Shown here: positions 1 through 17,800 of the stretch, in pieces
How positions within the stretch are numbered: position 1 is the stretch's first letter
Layout of the letters: the number at the start of each line of letters is the position of its first letter
DNA from: the human T2T-CHM13v2.0 reference genome, Homo sapiens
NCBI RefSeq assembly: GCF_009914755.1
Contig: NC_060929.1
Strand: one strand, 5' to 3'
DNA length: 64,000 bases
Notes under the pieces: model-generated
Seen by the model: only the letters and a program-made list of their open reading frames with translations
Databases searched by the model: none
Told to the model about the DNA's origin: nothing
Translations under genes and position numbers: made by a program

Positions 1-2104
1 CTTTTATCAGTTACAGATTGCTAAGACTTGAAGTGCACTGATTTGAATTGTTTCATGTTACTCTGTAAAACTAGAACCAAGGAGTGAAAATTACCTTGGA
101 AATGACAGGGGTGAATTTCAGCTGAATGAAGAAAGAACTGTGTAATAAACAGAGTTGACCCGAGGTGGTCCAGGTTGCCTCTGGGGTGGGTTAAGAAACA
201 GTAAGTCAGGATCACAGAGGCCACAGAGGGGGAAAGTCTCAGCAACTGTCCTCTCACAATCCTTCCCTGAGACCTGAGGTCTATGCCCATCCACAGCAAG
301 AATGGGAGCTTCATGGCAGAGCACTGTGTATCACAGGACACTCTGCAATTCATTTTCTCATTTTATAGGCACTATTACTAAAAGGGGGCCGGAGTGTGGG
401 TGGGGAGAGACATCTTTACTATCCCCATTTTATAAACCAAGAATTTGAGCCACTTAAGCTAAATCACACCATTAGTAAATGACAGAATACGGCCTTCAAT
501 CTAGGACTTCTGACCCCCCAGGCAGGCCAGTGTATTTCCAGCTAGGCAATACTGCAACAACCAACGTAAGATGCCTGCAACCATCATTCTTATTAAGTAT
601 TATCTCCTCATATTAAGAACAGGGGCAAGGATGGGCCCCAAAGACTTGAAGCACCGAGGCAAATACCAAAGCAAGATTAGCTAAAACAAAAATACAGTAA
701 GAGCTCTGCTACTTTCACAAAACCATCCCTTCTACCTGACTAGGAAGAGCTCATTATATTTTCAGTAGACACACTCTCTAAGGCTTTATTTACATGAGTC
801 AACTAAAGGAATAATTGTCCAAATCCTACTTTACTGTGCTCTACTGATACAACAAATGCTCGAGGAAGTCTGTCCACATTTTAAGGGGAGTCTGTGGCCA
901 CATACTATGCACAAAGAGCACTCCCCATTTCTGCAGCCAAAGCATTAATCGTTGCTCCAGAACTAGGCTGGTGTAACTTTTTTTTTAAAGTCTGAAATGC
1001 ATTCTCTGACAACAGGTCCAGGACTACCTCACAATTGTGTCTGACAACAGGAGTTTAACAGAACTGGGTCAGCCATTGAAGGATTGCTGAACCTTGCAAG
1101 ATTTTCAAGGAAAGACATGAGAGTGTCGAGTTTCATGAACCGTCTACCAAGCACAGAAAGTGGCAGCTTGCCAAAGGCTGGACTGTGTTAAACGCATGTG
1201 AGACGCTGGGAACCTGAACCCCAACAACGCCGGCCCTGCCACTCAACCACAGTGGTGAAAGACTGAGGTTCAAGTTTCCAAAGACCTCGCGGACTCTAAG
1301 CCAAACGTTGCTAATCAGGAAAAATTCCTTCTCTTAAGGAAGGAGAAACTCCTTGATTCAAACATTATCCCATCAACGTAAAGCTGTTAGAGAGTATGTT
1401 TTTAAATATCTAGGTACAACAGAATAGCCTATAACGTGCCAGCCACAAGTCATATTCAATTATACTGCTTTTTAACATGCCAGGTGTGCATATCAAAACA
1501 CTGCTATTGTTATTCCCACACTGCTGGGACCATGTTCATTCACATAATTCTTACCTCTTCCCCAATATTTAGTTATAAATCTATGGGACAACAAGGTCCT
1601 TGAGAACAAAACTAATTCTAGCTTACTCCTCTCAATATCTCTTGCACTCAACATAGGGCATGACATAGAGTAGACAATTCATAAATGTTTACTGAATAAA
1701 CAAAAGGATCATTGCCCTATGAACATTCCCTACAGATAGTAGTTAGAAAAGTCAGGCTATGTAGAAGAAAGAAATACTGGGTTAACGAGAGTGGAGAAAA
1801 TCATCAGGCAAACATGACAGCAGGAATTCCGGCATGAGAAGAAAGCGCAGGAGGCAAGGAGGAATCGCAGGCAGCAATGGAGCACAGAGTAGCAGTGACG
1901 CTGTCCAAGGCAGGGGGGATCCTCCAGTGGGTGTGTTTCCAAAACACCAGTGTCTGGACCCACCTCTGTGAACTCCTTCTATTGTAGGGTAGCCCTAGAC
2001 TATGAGTGATGAAGGAGAGTGACAGGGGAGCAAATGTGTATAGGCAATTCTGAGAAACCCTCCTCCAGATGACAATTACTCAATTGTCTTGCTTTTAACC
2101 TTGA

Positions 2105-2163
2105 ATATATATATACGTATATATATAGTATATATATATATACGTATATATATATATACGTAT
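2105..2163. repeat. (TA)n microsatellite, interrupted
   Basis: tatatatatacgtatatatatagtatata... run. Confidence 0.9.
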
Positions 2164-3907
2164 GATCATTTTGCAAGACAGAAACTACTGTGAATAGTGT
2201 TGAGCACGAGCAATGTGCAAACCTCATCAAATATCCTACTTGTTCCAGAATAGGTTATTTAAGATCCACAGACACAGGGCATTACAGGCAGACAGGTGAG
2301 TGCAGCACACTTGGGGAATAGGCCAGGCAAACAGGTGGCCGCAGTGAATAACTTGGGCTGTAAGTGCTGACAAGCGCTTTCTGTGCCTGACAGTTCTTAG
2401 TGGTCTGCATTCCAAATCTAGGCATAAGCTTTAAGTAATAACAGACCAATGTTTCTGAAAAGCAGATGCCAAGATTAAAACTAGAAGACAAGACACAGAG
2501 TAAGGGAGATGTAGGGAAGGAACACTCTCATGGAGGCATCTGGAAAGAGAAGGTGGAAAAGCCTCCGGTTCCTTCTCGCATCTTTCCTTTTCCAAAGGCA
2601 GCACTCAAAATCAGGTAAATGGAAATTGTCCTCTTAAAACACACCCACCCCCAGCTCATCTGTCCTGGAGTTTGCTGCACACTGCCCATCACAGGTCATG
2701 GTGCTGTGCTCCTCTCCTTTTTTTGGCCTGTGTGGACCCTGAACTCGATGCTGCATTCTGCAAACCTCAGATTTGAGGCCCAGGGCATCTGCCTCTGTAA
2801 CTATTTTGCCTCTATATCCTTCCCAACTCCATGCATGAAACTCTGCTCAAGACCCAACTTCAGTGTCATCTTCCACGCAGCCTTCTCTGAACCCACCCTC
2901 GCCTCTGCCCTCTCCGTGCCACCCTTCTCTGAGCTCACGCAGCTCAGAGAGTGGTAGGGGTCACATCCACCATACTAATAATTATTCGCTTGTCTAACTC
3001 CCTGTTTCAAGTCCATCCACTCATCTCATGGCTCACATTTACAAACTGTGGCTTGGGGTGACATCCAAAAATGACCAAAACAGTCCTTGACTGGGAAGGA
3101 CTAACAGAGGGTGAGGCAGGCCCCCCCAAATCACAGATATTCATACTCATCCCTTGCTTCATTCAAATCTCCATGCAAATGTTATCTCCTTCCCTGACCA
3201 CCCTTGCTAAAAGTGCAACACACCCCTCTGTGCCTCCAGCACTGCCTGTCCACAGCTCTCACCACTGCCTGGAGCCCATCATATGGATGGATAAGGTGGA
3301 TATACAGAGACAGAAATGTCTAGCTAGGTAAGTACAGAAATAGATCTGAATTTTTAAGTTAGTTGTCTATCCACTAGGATGTAAGCTCCCTGCAGACAAG
3401 GCTTTTAATCAGTTTTGGTCTGTGATATGTAGATCCCTAACACCAGTAATAGTGCCTGAGAAATAACGCACTCTCTCAGTAAATATCAGTTGATGAATAC
3501 ACGCGTGGGCAGATGATAATGTCTTGACCAAATGCTGGGGGGAAAGGAGATCAGACGAGATAGGGAGGACATTTTGCTCTGTTGAAGCTTTTAAGGTTTG
3601 AAGTACCTAGCCGGGCAACCAGGTAGGGGGGATTCCAGTAGCACAGGCAATATAGTTTGGAAAACTGCAAACATATAGGAGGTGACTGAAGTCACCTATG
3701 AAGTTTCCTATGACTGAAGTCATATGAAAGAGTGAGATTACCCCCAGAAAAGCATGTGAAGTAATTAAGGAAAGAGCTGGCTACTATACAGTAAAAAGAA
3801 AAAATAGCATCTACCTCAGAGGTATGTATGTATTAAAAGAGTTAGGGCATGTGAAATATCTGAGCTATCTCTTCAAAGCTTAGCCAAATAATTCTACAAA
3901 GTACATT

Positions 3908-4044
3908 TTATATACATATATATATATGTATGTATGTGTATATATATGTATGTGTATATACATGTGTATATATATGTGTATATATATGTGTGTATATATA
4001 TATACACACACATATATATATATACACACACACATATATATATA
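3908..4044. repeat. (TA)n/(TG)n/(CA)n compound microsatellite
   Basis: About 135 bp of alternating TA/TG/CA dinucleotides. Confidence 0.9.
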
Positions 4045-4262
4045 CTAACTAAATATATGAGGACATTGTAAGACTGTGAAAGACCACTTTCAGTGCCAAA
4101 TGACAAGTATTTGGGTACAGCATGGACCTAAAAATTGAACATTTACACCAGGCTGTGTTTTTCTTTTTTAGGGCTAGGAGTTACTCAAGAGTTGTTCAGA
4201 GTTTAACAGATATACTATTTAACAGATACGGAGTTTAATAGATAATCCTGCATTATCTACAG

Positions 4263-4565
4263 CAGCAGTCCCCAACCTTTTTGCCACCAGGGACCTGTTT
4301 CCTGGAATACAATTTTTCTGTGGGCAATGGGTAAGGGAGAGATGGTTTCGGGATGAAACTGTTCCACCTTAGATCATCAGGCATTAGATTCTCATAAGGA
4401 GCATACAACTTAGATTCCTCGCACGCACGGTTCACAATAGGGTTTGTGCTCCTATGAGAATCTAATGCTGCTGCTGAGCTGACAGAAGGTGGAGCTCAGG
4501 CCGTAATGCTCGCTCGCCTGGTCCTGCTGTGCAGCTTGGGTCCCAAAAAGGCTTGGGCACCCAAG
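4263..4565 (+). mobile_element. MER1B (hAT-Charlie non-autonomous DNA transposon)
   Basis: Starts CAGcaGTCCCCAACCTTTTTG. Contains GGGATGAAACTGTTCCACCTTAGATCATCAGGCATTAGATTCTCATAAGGAGC and its internal inverted copy. Flanked by an 8-bp TSD-like atctacag/acctacag. Confidence 0.85.
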
Positions 4566-5844
4566 ACCTACAGTGTGAAATAACACTGCATTGCTTCTCA
4601 TTATCTAGTGGGGAAGAGAAAACAGGCAGGAACTCAATTTCCTGGAACGGGGAGTACAAGGAAAAAACTCATTTCTACAAGATCCATGAACAGAATTGTC
4701 TACCATGGTGGGTGCAAGCACTATCGTGACAGCCTTAAACCCAATCCATGAGGAGAAAAACTTCTTGGCACAGACTAAAAAGTAGTGACAAATGTGGCAT
4801 TTGAGCTAAACTGAAAGGATGACTTAAATGTAAAGGTCCAATTTTAAGATAGGAAAAAATACTGGTTGGCTTAGGTGGTTAGCTTTTAAGTTTGCAACTA
4901 ACTATAGCTTAGCTAAAAATAACCACCCCAAGTGAATGGCAGGGAAACAAGCGTCACTACAGCTGCCCCACTTAGAAGAGTTGGTCAGGGAAGTTGAGGC
5001 CAACACACTCAACCGCTGAAACAGCAGGGAAGGGCATGTTGGAGGTATCTCTGCAGAGGGGGTCTCTCAACAGAGGGACCTGTAAGTTTCACTGGTTAGG
5101 CAGAGGAGGAAGTGAGCAGAGCTCCTGCACAGCCTGTCTCTGCTTTCATCTTTTTTCCCCCCATGTTAGAATTTGACTTAAAATTTTGAAGAAAGCACTC
5201 ACTGTTGAAACAAACACTTTGGAAGCCATTGCCCTGGACCCAAATAATTCTGGGGGAAAAATAAATCACAAGTTTTAAAATTCTAATTTTTATGTCCATT
5301 TTTAAATTGATTCAAGATTATCTTGATGGCTACCATGGGGGTAGGTTTGTGCATAGATTAAGAAGTGTGTAAGTTTTAGAATTCTGTAATGTTTGAATTT
5401 TGTATAATAGGAATGAACACTTGTCTCATCAAAAGTGCCTAACTAAGATCGTTTACTTCAAACTACTTGTGTTTCCTATATTTTATAGGAAACAAATTGT
5501 AACTAAATCCAATAGAAGCAAATACCCAAAACAGAAGAAAATTTCTCTTTTAATGCCAGCTCTTCTCCCAATTACCAAAGAGGAGGAGAGTACGCTCACG
5601 ATGAGAACTATGAAGCATTATTTACATAATGTCTGTTCTAACTTAGAGGAGGAAGTTTTGTCTTCAGACTGAAGAGGCCCACTAACAGTGGGCGTGAAGA
5701 TACTGGTCCGTGGGGAGTATTTCACATTTCCCTTTAGCTGTTAAAGACGTGGGGAGGGTGCCCTCTGTACACCAGGCCCAGCCCTCCAGCAGCAGGGCAA
5801 AGGCCCAGCTTGGCCCCAGGAGGAGAGGCTGAGCTGGGATATCC

Positions 5845-6020
5845 TTCCATGCCCTCTAACCCTTCCCTGTGACCCATGGCACACATGTGAGAGCCAGTTG
5901 GTTGGGGTTAAAAGTACAGTCTGGCCAGAGGGCCCAGCTCAGCTAACTGGCCCACATACCAACTGAACCCTGACCCTGGCCTCACCATCTCCATTCTCTA
6001 ACCAAATGTGTTAATTGGCT
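5845..6020 (-). mobile_element. MamSINE1-like ancient SINE with degenerate tRNA-Ile-derived head
   Basis: Reverse complement of 5948-6020 resembles tRNA-Ile (GGCCGGTTAGCTCAGTTGGTTAGAGC...GGTTCGA...GGGCCA), followed by GGGCCAGTTAGCT...GCCAGACTGTACTTTTAACCCC...TGCCATGGGTCACAGGG as recalled for the MamSINE1 body. Confidence 0.65.
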
Positions 6021-6760
6021 GCAGATTCTTGAACTATGTCTCAGATGCATTTCCCAACTAAGAACAACAAAAAAGTGATGGGACATAATTTTGTCTAGTA
6101 AGGGAAAACGGTTTTAACCAAACCACTGCTGATCAGCAAATTCAACAATCAGTGGTAAACAACCACCTACAATTGATTGAAGTCCTTTTCCCCACAAGAT
6201 TTTTCTGTGCTAACAGGTTGCAGATGGCTCGCTGAAACCTTCAGAAAACACTGTCCTCAGAGGCAATTCTGCTGATGCATGTTTTGGTTCCTGAGCTTTC
6301 GCTTACATGAAGTGAAGGCTATTCATGCTAAAGCAGGGTGATTCTTCCTCTCTCCAGACCTGTTCTTGCTAAGCGTCACCAAACACCTCACCACCTCAGT
6401 CTCTCTGTGTGACTCAGAACTGCTGGCTGTCAGAGCAGGAAGGACCTCAGAGAGACTCTGGCCCAAAGTCATCATTTCATAAAAGAATCGAGAGACGTAA
6501 AGTGACCAAAGGTCTTGGTGGCAGAGCTAGGGACCGCTAAACAGACACTGCTTCCTAATCCTGTGTTCTTGCCAGTGGATTATAAAACAGGCTGCTCAGC
6601 TGTGCCTCAGGGACCACGTGGCAAGAAGGAGGCTGCAGGCAACCCCCCCAGGGCAGCAGCTCTTGATCTGTTTCCTATATTAGGGTTAAACACAAGATTT
6701 CATTTGAAAGAAAGGGTTTTGCTGTAAATAAACAAACACCTTGAAAACCACCACATGGAG

Positions 6761-7092
<332 letters not shown>

Positions 7093-7397
7093 TCAAAAGA
7101 GAGAAATAACTAAAAACATAGGTTTTATTTTAATGAATGTGTCTTTTTAAAATGGAACAAGCAAAGAAAACAGCACTAAAACAAAATGTTATAGCTTAAG
7201 AGTTCTCTCCTTTATTTTTCCCTGACCAGGAAAATAACACACACACTACAAAAGACAAAGAGAAGAAAAACAAAGGGAAGATAGTGTAATTTAGTTTCTA
7301 GGTCTCTGGAAAAGTCTTCATCCTGCACAGACTGGACAATTTCAAGAAGTAGAGTCGCAGAGGTCATTTAATCTTCTAATTTAAATTTGTAAAACTT

Positions 7398-7487
7398 TCT
7401 TTTTGGAGACAGGGTCTTGCTCTGTCACCTATGCTGGAGCGCAGTGGCCTGGTGCAATCTTACAGGGATGAGCCACTGTGCCCAGCC
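7398..7487 (-). mobile_element. Alu/FLAM fragment with internal deletion
   Basis: ttttggagacagggtcttgctctgtcacc...ttacagggatgagccactgtgcccagcc. Confidence 0.8.
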
Positions 7488-7507
7488 AAAATATGTAAGA
7501 TAAATCT

Positions 7508-7815
<308 letters not shown>

Positions 7816-8247
7816 TCAAAAAAGAATGAATGAAAGAAATTAGAGTCTTCATAAATTACCCACGAAAAAGTAAATAAATACGTAAAGGTAAGTCTCCCAA
7901 TTTTACCTTTTGCTCTCCTGTCCGCTGAGCACCTTTATCAGCCTTAAATTTCTCCCATTCCTAAAAAAACAAGTCCTCCCCACAGGTGCTCATGAACCAT
8001 GAGCTGTGTCTCTTTAAGGGCAGTGGAGGGAGGGAAACTGGTTTGCCACTATGCTGTAGGCGTCTGAACTGGATACAATTTGCAGGAGAAGAGAAGGCCC
8101 CAGGGACACTGGAAATTCAACAAGTCACCAAGAACTATGTTCACTGTGGTTTGACATTCCACTAATAACCTTTTCTTTGACTTTTCAATTCTTTGTCATT
8201 CTAGGCTCCCACTGGAGCCAGATGAATTTAAAATCTTCTGACAATCT

Positions 8248-8318
8248 TTTTTTGTTTGTTTGTTTCTTAACTTTTACTTTAGGTTCAGGGGTACATAGGC
8301 AGATTTGTTATATAGATA
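8248..8318 (-). mobile_element. Short old L1 (L1PA/L1PB) 3' end fragment
   Basis: T-rich tail followed by ttttactttaggttcaggggtacataggcagatttgttatatag, typical of an L1P 3' terminus. Confidence 0.65.
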
Positions 8319-10077
8319 CCAACAGTCTTCTTAACTTTTTAAAGTGAAATAGCTTCCAGTGACATTGAACCAAGCAATCTTTTAGCATTTTATAGATCAT
8401 TTAAAGCCAGCAAACTTGATCATTGGCAATGCAATAGTTCTTTACAGGAAGTACCCACAAGCTAAGTGCAGTTCTTTAGAGATTTTGTTAATAGGTTCAG
8501 TCCAGTCAGCTCTGTCTATGCCAAGTGTCCTCTCAGTGCCATCCTCTGAAAAGATCAAATGTTTTCTAAAAGGATAACCCCTCTTACTTCCTCCCTCCCA
8601 CTCATTCCTAAATTTCCACAAGCAACAATATCATACAGTGCAAATGAGAGACGCAGGCCTTCCAGGCACAGGGAAGTCAAAACATTTTAAGAAGTCACAG
8701 GATAAGGTAACAAAGGACTGATCGTCCTGATGCCCTAACTGTATATGAATATCAACATGAGTTGTTTCATAAACTTGGAACACTGCAAAAGGCCATCTTG
8801 GTCAGCCTCCAAGCAGACTTACTTAAGTGACCTAATTTTTATGTTCTACTTCTGAGGATCTCCAGGACAGAAATTCCACAATCTCCCATTGGTATCTTGA
8901 CTTGTGATTTTATTTCCTTCAGAGTCAAAGGGGGCTGTTTCTCTCAACATTTTTTTTAAGTTAAATAAGAGCTCAACTCACATAAAAGGTGCCATTTAAA
9001 CGCTGAAACTGGCAACTGGAACAACACAAAAGTGAACGACCAAGAACTAGGCTATCTGCCGTACACGGGTCCATTTGCCTGGCTCACTACGGACAGTCAT
9101 ACTGCACTCTCCCCAAGCTGAGTCCATTCAAGACTCAAGCTCACAGCCTTAAGAAATGACTCCACAGCTCCTAAAAGGAGAGTAGCTTACATACAATGAA
9201 GAAATATTTCCTAGTCACTGGAGAAAATCTTTCCCAGGCCTTCCACACTTTCTAAACGAGAAAAAGACAATTTTGTTTTTCTGATGTCCTTTGAGCTTTT
9301 TTTTTTTTAGACTCCCCTAAGCAATATCATATTCAGTTTTCTTAAATTTTTTTAAAAGTGAACTTTCCACTGAGCTACACTCCTTGAAACAAGTCTTCCA
9401 GAGATTTTTGCCCTTGGCCTCCTGGAATTTTTCAATGAAACTCGAAAGAGATGTTTACCTGACCCCAAATGTTATCCTAATGAAAACTCTGTTTTTAATT
9501 CTTTGAACTCTTCTCTTTCTCTTTCCTTGTCATGCCCTCTGGGAAAGAAAGACAAGTACAGATGTTGGCTTGATCTCAACTGGCAAACACCAGGATAACT
9601 GAGTTCTAATCATTTCTTAGGAACTTGGACAGAATCACAAAGGTATTAATTATGCTCCCTCTTCTGGCATGGTCCTCTGTACTTCACTTGCTTAGAGGAT
9701 CAATGTAAAGATAGGAAATGCCAGCACATTATCTTTTTGACAAAAACAAGATGCTCATCACAGGAAGAATAAAAGGAGTATTACAGGATTTTCAAAAGCA
9801 ATGAGGGAGCTGAAAGAAATATAACCTCAGGGGCTGGGAAGAGGAGGAGTGAGAACCACTTTTTGCCAGTTAAAGAATCTAAATGAGGCTGGGTCCAGGC
9901 TCTCTCTCACAGGGGGGTTTTGGGGAGTTTTGGAATTGGGAAACTACAATCAGGGTTTAGTTAATTTCCTTCTCTTGCAAGACGGAAGGTTCTGGTACAG
10001 AGGTTTTGGCAATTCCATTTCAAATAGCCACATTTACCCCTGTTTAGGAAGGGCTTAGGCTGTTTTTCTTGCATATG

Positions 10078-10078
10078 T

Positions 10079-10112
<34 letters not shown>
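10078..10112. repeat. (CA)n microsatellite
   Basis: About 17 CA units. Confidence 0.95.
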
Positions 10113-10116
<4 letters not shown>

Positions 10117-11053
10117 AGACAGGTCATATGTATTTCAAGGGCTTCTTATCTCAAGAGAGCCTCTGCCTAGAGACATGTACTTTACCAAGAAATCAATGGG
10201 TGAAATGAATGACTTGACTTTGCTGTCAGTTTTCTCTGGGAAATGTCTTCCAGGAATCATCTATGTACAAGGTTTTTGACAACATTCCACTCTACTCCAT
10301 CTCTAACTCTAGGTTCTCAGTAGAATGTTTGTTCCCAGCTACCTGTCTTGTAACAAAGTACAATGGCCACGTGATCTATCAGCAACGTAGGTGAGCAATG
10401 TGGGGGCTCAGAGACGCCAACCAAGTCTTGCTCCCTGCTCCTAGAAGTTACAATCCAGTGGCAGAGAGAGCATCTATTCACCAAGAGCTGTGGTTGAGGT
10501 AGGCCCTTCTGGGGAGGTACATTCGGTCTAACAGGGATTATTAACTTGAACCCAGTATCAAGGGGTAGGTTATTTCCTCCACCTTTTAGAATCTGACTCT
10601 GCAAAAGAAATAGATGAAAATTGTCCTTAAGCAAAGCAAAAAACCCTCACATGACCTACAATAAGGTGACCCAAGTTTAGTGATTTTGCTATTGTTAAAG
10701 TCTGGCCATTTCTCTATACTGGGAGTGGAGAGGGAGGGGGAGCAGGAGAGGGTGGAGGAGGAGGAGGATTTTCTGTTACTGCTAAGATTCTTAGTGCTCG
10801 CAAGGTTTTTTTTTTGTTGTTGTTGTTGTTTTTCATTTATTTATTATTATTATACTTTAAGTTTTAGGGTACATGTGCACAATGTGCAGGTTAGTTACAT
10901 ATGTATACATGTGCCATGCTGGTGCGCTGCACCCACTAACTCGTCATCTAGCATTAGGTACATCTCCCAGTGCTAACCCTCCCCCCTTCCCCGACCCCAC
11001 AACAGGCCCCAGAGTGTGATGTTCCCCTTCCTGTGTCCATGTGTTCTCATTGT

Positions 11054-14817
<3,764 letters not shown>

Positions 14818-14880
14818 TAAGATGCTAGCTGGTGATTTTGCTCGTTAGTTGATGCAGTTTCTTCCTAGTCTCGATGGTCT

Positions 14881-15897
14881 TTACATTTTGGCATGATTTT
14901 GCAGCGGCTGGTACTGGTTGTTCCTTTCCATGTTTAGCGCTTCCTTCAGGAGCTCTTTTAGGGCAGGCCTGGTGGTGACAAAATCTCTCAGCATTTGCTT
15001 GTCTGTAAAGTATTTTATTTCTCCTTCACTTATGAAGCTTAATTTGGCTGGATATGAAATTCTGGGTTGAAAATTCTTTTCTTTAAGAATGTTGAATATT
15101 GGCCCCCACTCTCTTCTGGCTTGTAGGGTTTCTGCCAAGAGATCTGCTGTTAGTCTGATGGGCTTCCCTTTGAGGGTAACCCAACCTTTCTCTCTGGCTG
15201 CCCTTAACATTTTTTCCTTCATTTCAACTTTGGTGAATCTGACAATTATGTGTCTTGGAGTTGCTCTTCTCGAGGAGTATCTTTGTGGCGTTCTCTGTAT
15301 TTCCTGAATCTGAATGTTGGCCTGCCTTGCTAGATTGGGGAAGTTCTCCTGGATAATATCCTGCAGAGTGTTTTCCAACTTGGTTCCATTCTCCCCATCA
15401 CTTTCAGGTACACCAATCAGACGTAGATTTGGTCTTTTCACATAGTCCCATATTTATTGGAGGCTTTGTTCATTTCTTTTTATTCTTTTTTCTCTAAACT
15501 TCCCTTCTCACTTCATTTCATTTATTTCATCTTCCATCGCTGATACCCTTTCTTCCAGTTGATCGCATCGGCTCCTGAGGCTTCTGCATTCTTCACGTAG
15601 TTCTCGAGCCTTGGTTTTCAGCTCCATCAGCTCCTTTAAGCACTTCTCTGTATTGGTTATTCTAGTTATACATTCTTCTAAATTTTTTTCAAAGTTTTCA
15701 ACTTCTTTGCCTTTGGTTTGAATGTCCTCCCGTAGCTCGGAGTAATTTGATCATCTGAAGCCTTCTTCTCTCAGCTCGTCAAAGTCATTCTCCATCCAGC
15801 TTTGTTCCGTTGCTGGTGAGGAACTGCATTCCTTTGGAGGAGGAGAGGCGCCCTGCTTTTTAGAGTTTCCAGTTTTTCTGCTCTGTTTTTTCCCCAT
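14881..15897 (-). pseudogene. L1 ORF1 (RNA-binding protein p40), disrupted
   Basis: ATG at 15897 (ATGGGGAAAAAACAG) and TAA at 14881 give the canonical 1017-nt span. In-frame premature stops at 15751-15753 (TGA, CpG decay) and 15454-15456 (TAA). KRPNLRLIGVPE...QNHAKM retained. Confidence 0.93.
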
Positions 15898-16203
15898 CTT
15901 TGTGGTTTTATCTACTTTTGGTCTTTGATGATGGTGATGTACAGATGGGTTTTTGGTGTGGATGTCCTTTCTGTTTGTGAGTTTTCCTTCTAACAGACAG
16001 GACCCTCAGCTGCAGGTCTGTTGGAGTACCGGGCCGTGTGAGGTGTCAGTCTGCCCCTGCTGGGGGGGTGCCTCCCAGTTAGGATGCTCGGGGGTCAGGG
16101 GTCAGGGACCCACTTGAGGAGGCAGTCTGCCCGTTCTCAGATCTCCAGCTGCATGCTGGGAAAACCACTGCTCTCTTCAAAGCTGTCAGACAGGGACATT
16201 TAA

Positions 16204-16799
<596 letters not shown>

Positions 16800-17214
16800 T
16801 GGTGCGCTGTTTTTTAAGCCCGTTGGAAAAGCGCAGTATTCAGGTGGGAGTGACCCGATTTTCCAGGTGCCGTCTGTCACCCCTTTCTTTGACTAGGAAA
16901 GGGAACTCCCTGACTCCTTGAGCTTCCCGAGTGAGGCAATGCCTCGCCCTGCTTCGGCTCACGCACAGTGTGTGCACCCACTGACCTGCGCCCACTGTCT
17001 GGCACTCCCTAGTGAGATGAACCCGGTACCTCAGATGGAAATGCAGAAATCACCCGTCTTCTGCGTCGCTCATGCTGGGAGCTGCATACTGGAGTTGTTC
17101 CTATTCAGCCATCTTGGCTCCTCCTCCCGCTCTCAAGGTTTTAGTTGAGAGCACTAAAACAACCTCCACCTCCTCCTCCTCCTCATCATCATCATCACCA
17201 TCATCACGTATTGA

Positions 17215-17400
17215 ATGAGCCCTGGCTATATGCCGGGCACTGTGCTAGGCACTTAATAGCATTTGTCTTCATGAAAAACTCACAACAATTTTATGAGATA
17301 GGCTATTAACCTCATTTTACAGATGGGGAGACTGGGTTGGGGTTGGGGTTGGGGATGGGATGCATAAAGGAGCCTGCCCGAGGTCCTGCCACTAACAAGC
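17215..17400 (-). mobile_element. MIR
   Basis: tatgccgggcactgtgctaggc...cacaacaattttatgagatagg...cattttacagatggggagactg. Confidence 0.7.
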
Positions 17401-17679
17401 AACACAAGCCGTTCACGTACTACCTCCCAGTGGCCTAAAAGGTCATGGAACATCAGAGCTTAATGTGGAAGGAGTAATAAGGTCATTTTTTAAATACATG
17501 GTTCACGTCTCTAAAGGGCTTGAGGATGAGGAACAGCACCAACCTTGAAGTTCAAATTCTTGGGTTTAAGTAGCAGCTTCATCATGTGCCATTTGGAAAT
17601 GTAATGAACTAATCAAGAGACACTGCTTAGCAGAGCCCAGCTCCCATGGGTGGTAACTGTCCACTTTCCTCTCTCTTCC

Positions 17680-17800
17680 CTCGGGCAAGTTACTCAAACC
17701 TCAAATAACTTTTTTCCTCATCCGAAACATGGGAGTCAACAAAATGCACCTCACCAGGCTGCTGTGAGGATTACGTGAGATGATTTCACAGTGATCAAAC
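17680..17800 (+). mobile_element. MIR
   Basis: gggcaagttact...tttcctcatc...ctgctgtgaggattacgtgagat. Confidence 0.6.

Noticed and set aside
4380-4470. Long hairpin suggestive of a pre-miRNA
   Set aside because: It is the internal inverted repeat of MER1B.
5948-6020. tRNA-Ile gene
   Set aside because: Too degenerate (arms and boxes broken) and continuous with a SINE body.
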